From Octopus bimaculoides (Eukaryota): a DNA stretch of 64,000 nucleotides. Within the stretch, counting starts at the first letter, position 1. Every line of letters starts with the position of its first letter. This document shows, piece after piece, positions 13,605 to 26,643 of the stretch. Position numbers and translations under genes: made by a program. The notes beneath the pieces are model-generated. The model ran no database searches. It was not told the origin of the DNA and was given only the letters and a program-made list of their open reading frames with translations. The stretch covers positions 73,166,952 to 73,230,951 of the forward strand of contig NC_068991.1 of NCBI RefSeq assembly GCF_001194135.2, written 5' to 3'.

Positions 13605-14030
13605 TACTCTTTTATTCATTTATCTGTTTCAGTCATTTGACTGCAGTCATGCTGGAGCACAGCCTTTAGTCGAACACATCGAACCCAGAGCTTATTATTT
13701 GTAAGCCTAGTACTTATTCTATCATCACTTTTGCCGAACTGCTAAGATACGGGAACGTAATCACACGAACATCGGTTGTCAAGCGATGTTGAGGGACAAG
13801 CTCAGACACACACACAAATACATACATACATGCATACATACATACATACATACATACACAGACACGCACACGCACACGTATATATCCGACGGGCTTCTTT
13901 CAGTTTCCGTCTACCAAATCCACTTACAAGGCTTTGGTCGGACCGAGGTTATAGTAGACACTCGCTCAAGGTGCCTCGCAGTGGAACTGGACCCGGAAAC
14001 TTCATACTACACAGGCACTCCCTCGCCTAT
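13605..14030 (-). mobile_element. SINE family C (tRNA-like head, internal microsatellite, (AAAGAGTA)-type tail), near full length
   Basis: Plus strand reads ...gtttcagtcatttgactgcagtcatgctggagcac...gacgggcttctttcagtttccgtctaccaaatcc...cgcctat; homologous to 19602, 39283 and 59371. Confidence 0.9.
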
Positions 14031-14704
14031 ATACATAAACAACAAATATAAATGCCTATGTATACACTTATGTGTGTGAGCGTGATTGAGTGTGAGTGAG
14101 TGTGTGTGAGTGTGTGTAAGTGAGTGTGTGTGAGTGTGTGTGAGTGAGTGTGTGTGCACTTATGTTTGTGTGTATCGATATCCGTCGTAAAAAAACATTT
14201 CTTTCTGCCTGGAGACTTAATACTTCTTCCGCACAGAAAATTACCATTGGAGTTATATGTATTAAATCAGTGTTAAATGAACAAACACAATTTTTACCTG
14301 GACACCTCGGATATCTACTTTCGGTATCACGCGGATTTGGGACGAACATTACGCATTAAATATAATCAAAAATTTTACACAAACAATCAATATTTTAGAG
14401 AAACCATTTTTAAATACTCCATTACAGTAACAAAAGCTACAGCTTCAGAACATTTTTAGTAGGATATAAAGAACGTTATAGAATTGAAATAAAAATATAT
14501 GAAATGTAAAAGTATTGAAACTCGCATTGTGATAGTACGCTGCTGGGTTGAACAACCTATAACAATGTGAGATATCTCGCATACAGAGGAACAATGACAT
14601 AAGCTTCAACACAGAATACCACTGAAAAAGTCATCTATTACGCGTGGGCAAAACTGTATGAATGAATATACATGTGTACGTGTGTGTGCTTGTGTAAATA
14701 TATA

Positions 14705-14761
<57 letters not shown>

Positions 14762-16511
14762 NNNNNNNNNNNNNNNNNNNNNNNNNNNNNNNNNNNNNNN
14801 NNNNNNNNNNNNNNNNNNNNNNNNNNNNNNNNNNNNNNNNNNNNNNNNNNNNNNNNNNNNNNNNNNNNNNNNNNNNNNNNNNNNNNNNNNNNNNNNNNNN
14901 NNNNNNNNNNNNNNNNNNNNNNNNNNNNNNNNNNNNNNNNNNNNNNNNNNNNNNNNNNNNNNNNNNNNNNNNNNNNNNNNNNNNNNNNNNNNNNNNNNNN
15001 NNNNNNNNNNNNNNNNNNNNNNNNNNNNNNNNNNNNNNNNNNNNNNNNNNNNNNNNNNNNNNNNNNNNNNNNNNNNNNNNNNNNNNNNNNNNNNNNNNNN
15101 NNNNNNNNNNNNNNNNNNNNNNNNNNNNNNNNNNNNNNNNNNNNNNNNNNNNNNNNNNNNNNNNNNNNNNNNNNNNNNNNNNNNNNNNNNNNNNNNNNNN
15201 NNNNNNNNNNNNNNNNNNNNNNNNNNNNNNNNNNNNNNNNNNNNNNNNNNNNNNNNNNNNNNNNNNNNNNNNNNNNNNNNNNNNNNNNNNNNNNNNNNNN
15301 NNNNNNNNNNNNNNNNNNNNNNNNNNNNNNNNNNNNNNNNNNNNNNNNNNNNNNNNNNNNNNNNNNNNNNNNNNNNNNNNNNNNNNNNNNNNNNNNNNNN
15401 NNNNNNNNNNNNNNNNNNNNNNNNNNNNNNNNNNNNNNNNNNNNNNNNNNNNNNNNNNNNNNNNNNNNNNNNNNNNNNNNNNNNNNNNNNNNNNNNNNTA
15501 TATATATACATGCATATATACATATATATAGACTATACATATACATATATACTCATACATATATACACATAAGGGTGTAATTATACATAACAGTTTGCAG
15601 CTTACAGTGCGTGTTTGAATCAGTCTATCAATGGGCATATATATATATCAATGCATATCCTAAGTCAGAGAGCGTTGGCAGATTCCTTTATTTGTTATAT
15701 TACATGCAGAGCTATTGCGTCAATGTAATTGAAAAACTTCACAAAGGTACACGGTGAATGTTTTTGTTCGACATTTTAGACGTTCTTCACTCAGAGGCAA
15801 TCACTTGATTCTACCATACGACTAACTATGTATGCGCACAGAGACACATGTAAACACATGATGCATATATATATACAGGCATATATGTAAATATATATGT
15901 GTATATGTATATGCACACATACCTGTATGAGTGGGTGATGAAACAATAGAAAGAAATACTCAGCACATTGGAGTTGTAAGTAGTTAATATGATGTCGGTT
16001 CTGTTCGACAATCGTTTTCTAGACACAGAACGTGTCGACATTTGCATATGTACGGCGCCAGTGTTATGAGGATTGAAAAGTACTTTAAAAGAAATTTCCA
16101 TTTATTCGTTCATAGCTATTTTCGCCTAAAGAGTGTGCCTACGAAGATAACTCTGGAGAAGCAGAGTATATTTAATATATTTCTGAAGCTGTATCTTCGA
16201 ATTTGTTGTTTAAATTTACCTTCCACCGATGCAGTATTCTCGGACAATTATTCGGTGTTGTTTCGTAGGTGTCAGGTATCCATCTTCGCCTCAACGTTAC
16301 ATGACTGACTAAATACTCATGCATTTGTATCCGTCCGTTTGAGGTTTGACGTTTTAATAGTGTCTGTTCAGCTGTAAATCAACTTGACGTTGTTCCTATT
16401 AAATACGTTTCGGCATTTAGTTGATGGGAAATTTGTATTTACTAAGTCCAGAAAGATTTTGGTAATATAAGACACAGCTATTAAACAGAAGAGACGTACT
16501 TACCAAATTAT

Positions 16512-16724
16512 AACGGTTTCAAATTTTGGCACAGGGCCAGCAATTTCGAAACAGGAGTATATGTTGATAACATAGACCCCCTGTACTCAACTAATAAATA
16601 TCTTATCGAGAGAACGAAAAGCAAAGTCGACTGGAGTTGAATTAGAACTAAGAACGCAAAGACGGACGAAATGCCGCTAAGCGTTGTGCCCGCCGTGCTA
16701 ACCGTTCTGTCAGCTCTCCACCTT
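16512..16724 (-). mobile_element. SINE family A
   Basis: ttcaaattttggcacagggccagc...gcaaagtcgac...gaacgcaaagacggacgaaatgccgctaagc...ttctgtcagctctccacc. Confidence 0.8.
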
Positions 16725-17461
16725 TATCAAACTTAACTATCTTACTGTTGGATTGCAGACATTGGGGAGGCATGTGATCTTATCATTGGATCGATTAACT
16801 TCTAATGCGTTATTGCTGACAATTTCGTAGTCAACTACTCGTTAGATATTCCTCCACTGATATTATTAATTAGGTATTAAAAAAAAAATCTACGGTTGAT
16901 AGCGGTGATCATCAATATGAACATATGTGAGGTTTTCATACGTTTTGCTAATTTGTTTGTATCTCTCTCTCTCCCTCTTTCGTTTGCTTGAGGACAATGT
17001 CAAAGAAATAGACGATACCAAGATCAGTAGTAATAATTATTTCCATGTAAAACCTGTGTCTTCAAATCTTTCTTATCTATATTTCTTGGCGTGTTAGGTT
17101 ACAGCCGAACAATCAATTCTGTGTAAGCATATATTTATTGTTGTGAATTTCATTTTCAGTGTAACGAGAATATATATTTCTGTGTGTATGTGTGTGTGCG
17201 TGTATACCTATAAGATCACATGTCTTTATGTTAGTACGTTGCTGATATGTTAGCCACATGAACTTGTGAATTGGATCTTTGAACCCAGATACAATTATTG
17301 TCAAATAGAAGAGTTTTCCTCGCGTAGATAATCCTATCTAAATCACAAGTTTCAATATTATTTAAATTGGTGAACTCTAGTCCTGTCGCGAGCAGAACTT
17401 ACAAAATAAAGAGAGAAAATTCTACGATACCGTTTGGAGTAATGTGAAAGTTAATTTTAAT

Positions 17462-17680
17462 ATTGGCTTCAAATTTTGGCATAATGCCAGCAATTTCAGA
17501 TCGGCGGAAAGTTGATCATGTTGACCCCCAGTTTCCTACTGGTGCTTAGTTTATCGATTCTAAAAGAAATGAAATGCAAAGTCACCATCGGCAGAATTGA
17601 GCTCAGAACGTAAAGACGGATGAAATGCCACTAAGCATTGCGTTTGGCATATTAACGATTCTGACTATTCTCTGTCTTGG
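17462..17680 (-). mobile_element. SINE family A
   Basis: ttcaaattttggcataatgccagc...gctcagaacgtaaagacggatgaaatgccactaagc. Confidence 0.78.
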
Positions 17681-17714
17681 TTATTCTTCATATTAATAAA
17701 ACTCATTTTGGCTA

Positions 17715-17947
17715 TATTTCTATCTCACGACTCTTGCGGGTGTTACGTGCCAAAACCCCACGGAATAGGTGAAAATGCACGAAGTAGAAACAGAACTGTA
17801 CAGTATATTTTTTTTATTATTTTCATAATTTGTATATATTTATTTTATTATTAATGCAAAACAACACCACAGAGGAATGCTTAAATAATAAACCACGATA
17901 GGTGAACCGCGATAAGTGAACCGCGATAGGTGAATCGCGATACTGTA
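17715..17947. mobile_element. pogo/Tigger-like MITE with 14-bp subterminal repeats
   Basis: Right end has aaccgcgataggtg-type repeats x3.7 (17891-17942) then tactg-TA; left part gcgggtgttacgtgccaaaaccccacggaataggtgaaaatgcacgaagtag resembles Tigger-type MITE ends. Confidence 0.6.
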
Positions 17948-18000
17948 TTATTGATATTTATCGCTGGAAGTTTGTTAATGTCCTAATGTTATTCGCAAAA

Positions 18001-18220
18001 TTGGTTTGAAACTTTGGCAGAGCACCAGCAATTGTGAGGGGGGGGGTCCAAGTCCATTACATAGGTTCCCAGCACTCAACTGATACTTATTTTATCAAAC
18101 CCGAAGAGAGGAAAGGCAAAGTCGACCTCGGTGGAATTTGAACTCAGAACGTAAGGACGGAAGAATTTCTGCTAAACTTTCTTCCAGTGCCGTGACCATC
18201 CTGCCAGCTCGCCGCTCTTA
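18001..18220 (-). mobile_element. SINE family A
   Basis: ggcaaagtcgacctcggtggaatttgaactcagaacgtaag...ctgccagctcgccgc. Confidence 0.88.
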
Positions 18221-18254
18221 TCTTGTTCTGAATATTACTGAAAAATTGAAACGC

Positions 18255-18380
18255 TGCCGAGGTTGACGTCGTCTTTCATCCTTTCGGGGTCGATAACATA
18301 AGGAGCAGCTGAGTTCTGGGGTCGATGTAATCCACTTACCCCCTCCCCCAACTTACTGGCCCTTTTTCAAGATCTGAAAG
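18255..18380 (+). mobile_element. SINE family A, 5'-truncated, inverted relative to the 18001 copy
   Basis: ccgaggttgacgtcgtctttcatcctttcggggtcgataa...ctggggtcgatgtaatccacttacccctcccc. Confidence 0.8.
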
Positions 18381-18469
18381 CAGTATTAGAGAGGAGTTTC
18401 TCACTCGCTTTTCCGACCTGTGTTATTGCGTGGTGCGTTTATCAGTGCTTAGGATTTAACATATAAAAC

Positions 18470-18732
18470 AAAAAAAATGACTCAAGGTCCCTTCCGGAGC
18501 CATATGATCAAAAGGCCCTTTCTCAGATTCTGTGGCATAAATATTCTCCCACTACACCTGGATGGGGTCCAAGTCCGTCGGAGAATTTACTGATTTTTGC
18601 CGATTGAGTGAATTGGAGCAACGCGAAATGAGGTGATTTGGTGAAGAACACAACGAATCGCCGGCACAAGAATTGAAACCATAGCTTTGCGGTCATGACT
18701 GTAACACCCTAATCACTTAACCACGTACCTCT
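18470..18732 (-). mobile_element. SINE family B (tRNA head plus gtgttcttgagcaa...ttgctccag...ctcagctg core), degenerate
   Basis: Reverse complement begins gaggtacgtggttaagtgattagggtg...ggtttcaattcttgtgccggcgattcgttgtgttcttc...ttgctccaattcactcaatcggc; homologous to 45165 and 51935. Confidence 0.65.
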
Positions 18733-19601
18733 AGAATGTTTATCGTATATTATCTTCAAATTGTTTTTGAATGTTATGTACGGTTTGCATTTAGTTAGTC
18801 ATTCTAGCCTATTGTAGAGTTTTATTTGAATGACAGTAATTTTACCTTAAATATCAGTATAATTGCATATCTCTCTTTCAAAAGTGTGTGGGTGCATGGA
18901 AATGACACTGTGTGTGTGTGTTTGTGTGTGTGTTAGTGTTGTACATTAAGAAACACGAAGCTTGAACTGGTCATATAAATTCGTCTTAATATAGATACTA
19001 CTATTTGGCAACGAAAGTGTAGAGTTCTCAAAAACATTAAGTAAAGTGTTCAAAACGTGCTCAAAGCAAAATGTATATATGTATGTGTATACATACACAT
19101 AACATACCTTTACACATGGACACACACAGACACACAGGTTCACGGACTCCCATATATANNNNNNNNNNNNNNNNNNNNNNNNNNNNNNNNNNNNNNNNNN
19201 NNNNNNNNNNNNNNNNNNNNNNNNNNNNNNNNNNNNNNNNNNNNNNNNNNNNNNNNNNNNNNNNNNNNNNNNNNNNNNNNNNNNNNNNNNNNNNNNNNNN
19301 NNNNNNNNNNNNNNNNNNNNNNNNNNNNNNNNNNNNNNNNNNNNNNNNNNNNNNNNNNNNNNNNNNNNNNNNNNNNNNNNNNNNNNNNNNNNNNNNNNNN
19401 NNNNNNNNNNNNNNNNNNNNNNNNNNNNNNNNNNNNNNNNNNNNNNNNNNNNNNNNNNNNNNNNNNNNNNNNNNNNNNNNNNNNNNNNNNNNNNNNNNNN
19501 NNNNNNNNNNNNNNNNNNNNNNNNNNNNNNNNNNNNNNNNNNNNNNNNNGTGTGTGTGGGTGTGTGTGTGTGTGTGTGTGTATGTGTGTACGTATATATA
19601 T

Positions 19602-19955
19602 GCATGGTTCCGGGTTCACTCATAGTGTGCGGCAACTTGGGCAAGTGGCTTCTACTATAGCCTCAGGCCGACCAAAGTGAGAGAATTTGGCAGACGGAAA
19701 CTGAAAGAAGCCCGTTGTATATATATATATATATGTATATATGTTTGTGTGTTTATGTATCTGTGTTTGTCCTCCCCACCATCGTTTGGCAACCAATGCT
19801 AGTGTGTTTACGTCCCCGTAACTTAGCTGTTCGGCAAAAGAGACCGATGGAAAAAGTAATAGGCTTACAAAGAATACGTCGATTTGCTCGACTGAAAGTG
19901 GTGCTCCAGCATTACCGCAGTAAAATGACTGAAACAAATAAAAGAATAAAAAAAT
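19602..19955 (+). mobile_element. SINE family C
   Basis: catggttccgggttcac...gacggaaactgaaagaagcccg...gtttacgtccccgtaacttagc...aatgactgaaacaaataaaagaata. Confidence 0.9.
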
Positions 19956-20549
19956 ACATATATACATGTGTATATAATAAGTATGTATGCATGTATAAAT
20001 ACATACGTATGCATACAAAGTTCTGTCCAAACATACACTGCCATAGATGTATAAATCTCCGCAGAAAAAACGTATTTAATAAACTAAACTACATTGCTTA
20101 AGATTTTGATAGAGTTCTGATATTATATGTGTAATATCTAATATTTTTTTTAATCATATAGCATTGCCAGAGGATAGTGATAATATGCCGTGAACTGATA
20201 ATACCTTTGAAGTTTCTGTTATAGCTATTTCTTAACGTTTTAATTATGCTATGCTTTAATCTACAGATTAGGATAAGAAAACTGATGTATATCTTCTTTG
20301 CTTTCAACTTATAAGAAGTTCTTAAGTCGATAACATATAATATGATACATAATATATAAAAAGAAAGACATTTTCTGTTAAGAAAAAAACAATTTAATAT
20401 ACAAAGAGGAGACAGTAAACAATTGGTCTTTTAGTTATTTCCTCAATTTAGTGGAGAAGACTAGAAAAACGCATACACATGTTTCTGTGTGTGTAAACAT
20501 ATGTACGTAAGTTTGTGTCTACGCTTTGTATACACACACACACACACAT

Positions 20550-20641
<92 letters not shown>

Positions 20642-21087
20642 ACATATGTGCATGCGTTTGTATCTACGCTTTGTATATATATGTGTATATATANNNNNNN
20701 NNNNNNNNNNNNNNNNNNNNNNNNNNNNNNNNNNNNNNNNNNNNNNNNNNNNNNNNNNNNNNNNNNNNNNNNNNNNNNNNNNNNNNNNNNNNNNNNNNNN
20801 NNNNNNNNNNNNNNNNNNNNNNNNNNNNNNNNNNNNNNNNNNNNNNNNNNNNATATATATATATATATATGTATGTATATCTGTATATATACCCACATAC
20901 ATATGAATTATATATGTACATACAGGCAGGCAGATGCACACCTATATGCACACATACGTATACATAGATATGTCTGTGTGTGTGTGTGTATGTGTGGGTA
21001 TCTGCGCGTGTATATATATATATATATATGTGTGTATACGTACTTGTCTCTGTGTACACATTCCCATGTGTGAGTAAACTTATACAC

Positions 21088-21128
<41 letters not shown>

Positions 21129-21764
21129 CACACACTGGTATTATTATACAAACATAGATAAAACACACAAACTTGCACACACTTACACCCATATATATAA
21201 TCATACAAACACCAATATATATATATCTAGTATGGAAAATGTCTGGAAAGAAAACGAGACGTTAATAATGAAGACAGCACAAATATACTGAGTCTTAAAG
21301 TGCTCGTTCGATGGAAACGTCTTCTCGGCGCTCGAAAGATGTACTATTCTTATCAGAGTAGCATAAAGGCGTCTGTCTCACGTTGACAGATTGAAAATCA
21401 TCCGAAACGGAAGACATAATGGTCTTCTAATGAATAGATTAAGGTGAATGCATCGTGGCTGTTGAATTAACCCATGAAGTGCTCAATATAGAAAGAATCT
21501 TAAGGCTCTTTGCCTTTATGCCTTTCCCTCGTTCTTTATATGCAGATAATACATACAGACATACATACATGCATACATACATGCATACATACATACATAC
21601 TATGTACGTATGTATGTGTATATACAGGGCGGGCAAAAAGTCACGTAAAGAATAAATTCTATACGCTTCGGAAAAAGATATATTTCAATTTATTTTCTAA
21701 AATTGAATACAATAAAATAATAATGAATACACCCGAACATTTACACGATGGACAAATTGAATGC

Positions 21765-21946
<182 letters not shown>

Positions 21947-22041
21947 AATTATATGTTAAATGTCAAATATGTTGGTGCTTGACATTCGCTNNNNNNNNNN
22001 NNNNNNNNNNNNNNNNNNNNNNNNNNNNNNNNNNNNNNNNN

Positions 22042-22080
<39 letters not shown>

Positions 22081-23221
22081 GAGTTTCCATACTGTTTCAC
22101 CTCTGCGAATCTCACTGGCCTGTCAAGGCAAACGGAAGGTTAATATAGAGGACACTTGCTCATTGTATTGCATCGCAAGATCGAACCCAGGCCGCTTTCG
22201 TATAAAGTGAATCCTATAACCACAAAGCAGCGACTGCACCAGGTCATACTTTTATCTCTCCAGCGTTCCACTGCTGTCAGGAAAGAGAAAGAGAAAGTCA
22301 ACATGAAAGTTAATGAAGAATATTACTCATAATTCTTCTGTTTTTTTTTTTGTTCTTTCTTATTCTTTGAAAATCTTTGTCTTCTGGATCTAGGACGTTC
22401 CAGATATTGGCTCTTCGAATCTTATTATTTTCTCCATTGTTCGTCTCAGGAATGTTAATATTTAGAAACTTGTTTTGTAGTCAAACGTAGATTGATTTTC
22501 TTATTCTTTGACGCAGTTTTCTTATTTCATTTCTAACATAAAGTGCATTTCTCTTCAGTGGTTTAAAATATATTGGTAACTGTTGATGCCTGAGGCATGA
22601 TCGTGTTATTTAATATCTTTTTTTTACTTGAGAATCTTACTCCAAGACATGATTTTTCACATTTATCTTAATGAGTCAATTTATCCTTCCATTACATTTC
22701 CTATTAAAGCCCAGCTTTAAATGTGTTGCTTTAATCTTAATTGAAATCCGATTCTTGACAACCCAGTTTGATGAGAAGTGTCTACTCGAATTCTCTATTT
22801 GTTTTATTGAAATATAAAACGCCTATTTTGTGTGGAGCTACAGCAAATAAACAGATGGCAAAAAAACATTGATATAATTTCATTTAACTTTAAGTTATTA
22901 CGTGTAAAGATCGTAATACAAAAATTTGATGAATACATTCAAATAAAACTAAAAGATTAATGAATGCGTTAGAACAACATTGCCAATACAAATTATTAAT
23001 ATGGTTAATTCAAGGCAGGTGAGAAGATACCGGCATTTAAAAGCAAAACGATATAATTTAAAGAAGTTAATTTATTGTCGACGTATCTTGAGGTCAGGCG
23101 TCAAGATATACGACCTTGCTTTCTTTCGTATTTCATACACCGTTGGAGTGAAGGCAGTGGATTGGTAGATCCTGACTACTATCACTAAAACAATATTTTA
23201 TTAACAGTCATTATTAGAATT

Positions 23222-23410
23222 AAGGCGACGAGCAGGCAAAGTCGCTAATACACCGGACAAAATGCTTAGCGGCATATTGTCTGTCTTTACGTTCTGAGTT
23301 CAAATTCCGCCGAGGTAAATTTTGCTTTCATCCTTTCGAAGTCGATCAAAATAGGTACTAGTTGAACGCTGGAGTTGATGTAATGGACTTATCCCCTCCC
23401 TCCAAAATTG
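23222..23410 (+). mobile_element. SINE family A, followed by a family B 3' fragment (23411-23520)
   Basis: aaggcgacgagcaggc...tgtctttacgttctgagttcaaattccgccgagg; the next segment gagtactcagccacgtgcaggttaatttcgtaagcaggctgtt matches 45370-45410. Confidence 0.82.
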
Positions 23411-23521
23411 CGTGTCTGAGGAGTACTCAGCCACGTGCAGGTTAATTTCGTAAGCAGGCTGTTGGATCAGCTGTAACCCACGTCATTGCAAAAGGCAGTA
23501 TGTTGAGGTGGTTTACCACAG

Positions 23522-23900
23522 ATTTGTTTTAATCACAATCCATCAGCTTCGCCAATTCTTCGATTGTTTGACTTGGAATTCGTGAAGAAGTTGATTCAAT
23601 CGCTCTTCCTCGAACTCAGTTGGCTGACCGGTGTGTAATCCGTCCTTGAGGTCAAAATTCCCATTCTTGAAGTGCGACAACCAACGGCGGGCAGTACTTT
23701 GAAGCACTACTTCTTCGCCATACACAACAAAACCTCACGAGCAGTTTTGGTGGGATAAATCCTCAATTAAATGCTAAAAGCAAGTGGTGTCGAAAATGCT
23801 CAGTTTTGTCCACTTGATATTGCAATTTAATGATCTGAAAATACACAGAAATCAATAAAATTAAAAAATCAAAACACACTATCTTGTAGAAAAAAAATTT
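23522..23900 (-). mobile_element. Mariner transposase N-terminal (HTH) fragment
   Basis: Minus strand QYQVDKTEHFRHHLLLAFN*G ... YGEEVVLQSTARRWLSHFKNGNFDLKDGLHTGQPTEFEEERLNQLLHE. Confidence 0.85.
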
Positions 23901-24064
23901 TTGCCAATGCATTTTATTTCTGCAAGGATTTCATTTTTAAATTTAGAAAAAAAAAAAACGCTCGTCCTAATACATATTTCCAGGATATGGATTGTCGCCG
24001 CTGACAAAACACCAACTCTTGACCCGTCGACAAACAGAATGGTATTGAAATAATTCCGCATGAT

Positions 24065-24143
24065 GCAATGCTTCTAGTAATTTGACGAAAACTATAAAGC
24101 AGGTTGCTTGCCTAACAGTTTTCGTCAAATTTCAGAAAAGTGC
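24065..24143. other. Hairpin with a perfect 15-bp stem (pre-miRNA-like or MITE relic)
   Basis: aatttgacgaaaact (24079-24093) is the exact reverse complement of agttttcgtcaaatt (24117-24131); the inner 23 nt pair imperfectly to a 3-nt loop. Confidence 0.45.
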
Positions 24144-26372
24144 TCATTTCGTTAATTTAGCCATCAGCGCTCCTATCCAGTTGATTGCAATATTATAACC
24201 ATTGAAACTTAGGTAGTTGGTCTTTGCAGATGTTTCCTTGGATTAATCCAACCTGCTCACTATGTATGTGAAGCGGCATTGCTATGTTAAGATTTTTCAG
24301 TGTTGTTTCGTACGCTTTAAAATAGCATTTCTTATGTAAATAAATTGCTGTAATTTTAATGTAACACTTACATATATTACCGTCAATTGACCAGACTTCT
24401 TCACTATGTGTGAGAAGCATTGCAGCGCTGTCTATTTTTTTGGGTTCTTTAGAACATGTTAAAAATATCCTTTCTATGAATATAAATTAACAGCTGTTAT
24501 TTTAATGTAAATTATATTAAAACATCGATCGAAAGCGCCAATTTTAGATCGAAAAGATTAACTGTCATTAACATAGCATTTGCAATAAAATGTGTGTGTG
24601 TGTGTGTGTGTGTGTGTGCGGACGTGTATGATTGCGTCTGTGTGGTTGTGCAGATGTGCACGTGCAACTGTGTGTAATCAAAGAAATATTCATGTGCATA
24701 TTTTGTCTTTACTTTCTTTTAATTTTTTTTTTTTTGGTGTCGCACTTCGACAGTTCAATGGCTGGCACTAGTAAACCATTACAGCAGTAAAACAGACACT
24801 TGGATTTTAATAAATATTATTTGATCGAAGTAAAAGCGACATATATTTCTGACAACGACAGACCAATCCTGAGGACTTGTTTATTTAGAAATTATGCGTA
24901 AATCTGTTCAGTTTGTCTAGTAAGAATTAAATAAAGTTGAGATGCATCTACCACATATAGATCTTTCAAGCGAACAGAAATTACACAAGACGTTACAACT
25001 GTCATCTTAAGACTTATTTTGAAAATTTAGTGTTCAAATAAGGTCGTGATTAAGGCCATCATCCTTCTTCGAAAACAAAAATCTGTTTACTTTCTTTAAA
25101 TATAGAAGCTGATTATTATGAATTAGAGGAGCTTGTTGTTTGAACCAAATATAGAAGTATTTGGTTATCTTTGCATGTGAAAATTTGGAGGATTGGCAAT
25201 TCAATCAAACAATTGATTTCGCTATTATGTAGAACTACACTCTGTTGAAAGGAGAAAAACAGTAGGGTAATAATAAGTTATAATGGACAGGAGATTAACA
25301 TCTGTTGGTATAAACCCTTGTAGATTTTTCTAAAGGTTTGTTGAAAATTACTGTGTGCGGTTTTGTGATCAAGAAGTTTTCTTTCCCATAACATAGTTGC
25401 AGTTCAGTCCCACTTCGCGGCACCTGAAGAAAGCAATGTTAAATTCATTTATTCCGATTCTACAAGCTTTGAAATAAATTTCTGTAATAGGAGACTGAGT
25501 AAAAACAATGTCGCAACGCCGCTTGTGTCTGGGAATCCTATTCTTGGCTAGTATTTGTAATTCGTTTCCCAGTTTGACCCAACCGTCTGGCTAATCTGAG
25601 ACCTTAGCAAAACCCATTCTGTCCTCGCTATAATCATTATTTTGACTGCGAATATAACCTGCGAGCTTGTATTAGACTTTCGCTAATTCTTTTATGTATT
25701 CACAATCAGATATAGACAGCCTGCAGCAGTGGCTTACTCTCCTAGAAATAGTTATCAAATATTCCTTAAAGAAAGAAGGACATATTGAATAATGTGGTTC
25801 TTCAATACTACACAAAACCTAAAATAAGACAAGATTTTCATAGCCGAAATGCAAACTCTTACACATATTTTAAATCATAAATAAGTCGATTAGAATGAAT
25901 TTTTATATTGCTAGGCAATATTAAGCGTCTCAAACCTGGACAGAGTTAGTTGGGAGTTGAATTTGAATCACTACCCAGTGAAATGAAAAACATTGAGTTA
26001 CTTCCCCTTGCATTTGTATTAATCTCTTTTGCACTTTTTCTTTTCTTTTGATCATTGCACTGTAGCAATTCTGGAGCACCATACTCAGGTTCAGAGCTTC
26101 TCAGATCTATTCTAAGACTTATTTGAAATTTGGTATTTATGTAGCTTGTAGGCGAGCTAACAGCAGTTGTACATCAGTGTGAGAAAATCACAAATACGCA
26201 CTCATATATATATATATATATATATATATAGATATATAGAGCAGAGTATTGTAGTTCGCTTGAAGCATTGTGTATTGTTTGTAAAGAATAAAAAGTTTAG
26301 AATGGTACAACAATGCACTATAAAACAAAAAAATGGGTTATATACCTGTTGTAATTTGGTTATCTATAGTCC

Positions 26373-26408
26373 GATGATGTTTCGGAATTACAATTCCTTC
26401 TTCAGATC
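26373..26408 (-). ncRNA. Minimal type I hammerhead ribozyme motif (mirror copy; helix III ACAU mismatched)
   Basis: Minus strand GAT-CUGAAGA-A-GGAAU(UGUA)AUUCC-GAAA-CAU-C|AUC. Confidence 0.55.
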
Positions 26409-26516
26409 TTCTTAGCTGGAGTCTCTGCTATAGCTGGAGTCTCTGCTATAGCTGGAAGCTTCCGAAAAAAGAAAAGCCGTTGGAAAACTGATTATAGCAG
26501 AAACTCCAGCTAAGAA

Positions 26517-26552
26517 GATCTGAAGAAGGAATTGTAATTCCGAAATATCATC
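26517..26552 (+). ncRNA. Minimal type I hammerhead ribozyme motif, core intact
   Basis: GAT-CUGAAGA-A-GGAAU(UGUA)AUUCC-GAAA-UAU-C|AUC: 5-bp helix II, palindromic AUAU helix III, AUC cleavage triplet (cut predicted after 26549), 3-bp helix I. Confidence 0.65.
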
Positions 26553-26640
26553 GGACTATAGATAACCAAATTGCAACAGGTATATAACCCATTTTTTGTT
26601 TTATAGTGCATTGTTGTACCATTCTAAACTTTTTATTCTT

Positions 26641-26643
<3 letters not shown>

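Noticed and set aside
14608-14660. CTGAAAA...GTGGGCAAAAC possible hammerhead relic
   Set aside because: Two core mismatches and a poor helix II; not distinguishable from chance.
17891-17942. Short regular repeats resembling a CRISPR or operator array
   Set aside because: The 14-bp units are contiguous with no spacers and sit at a pogo/Tigger-like end in animal DNA.
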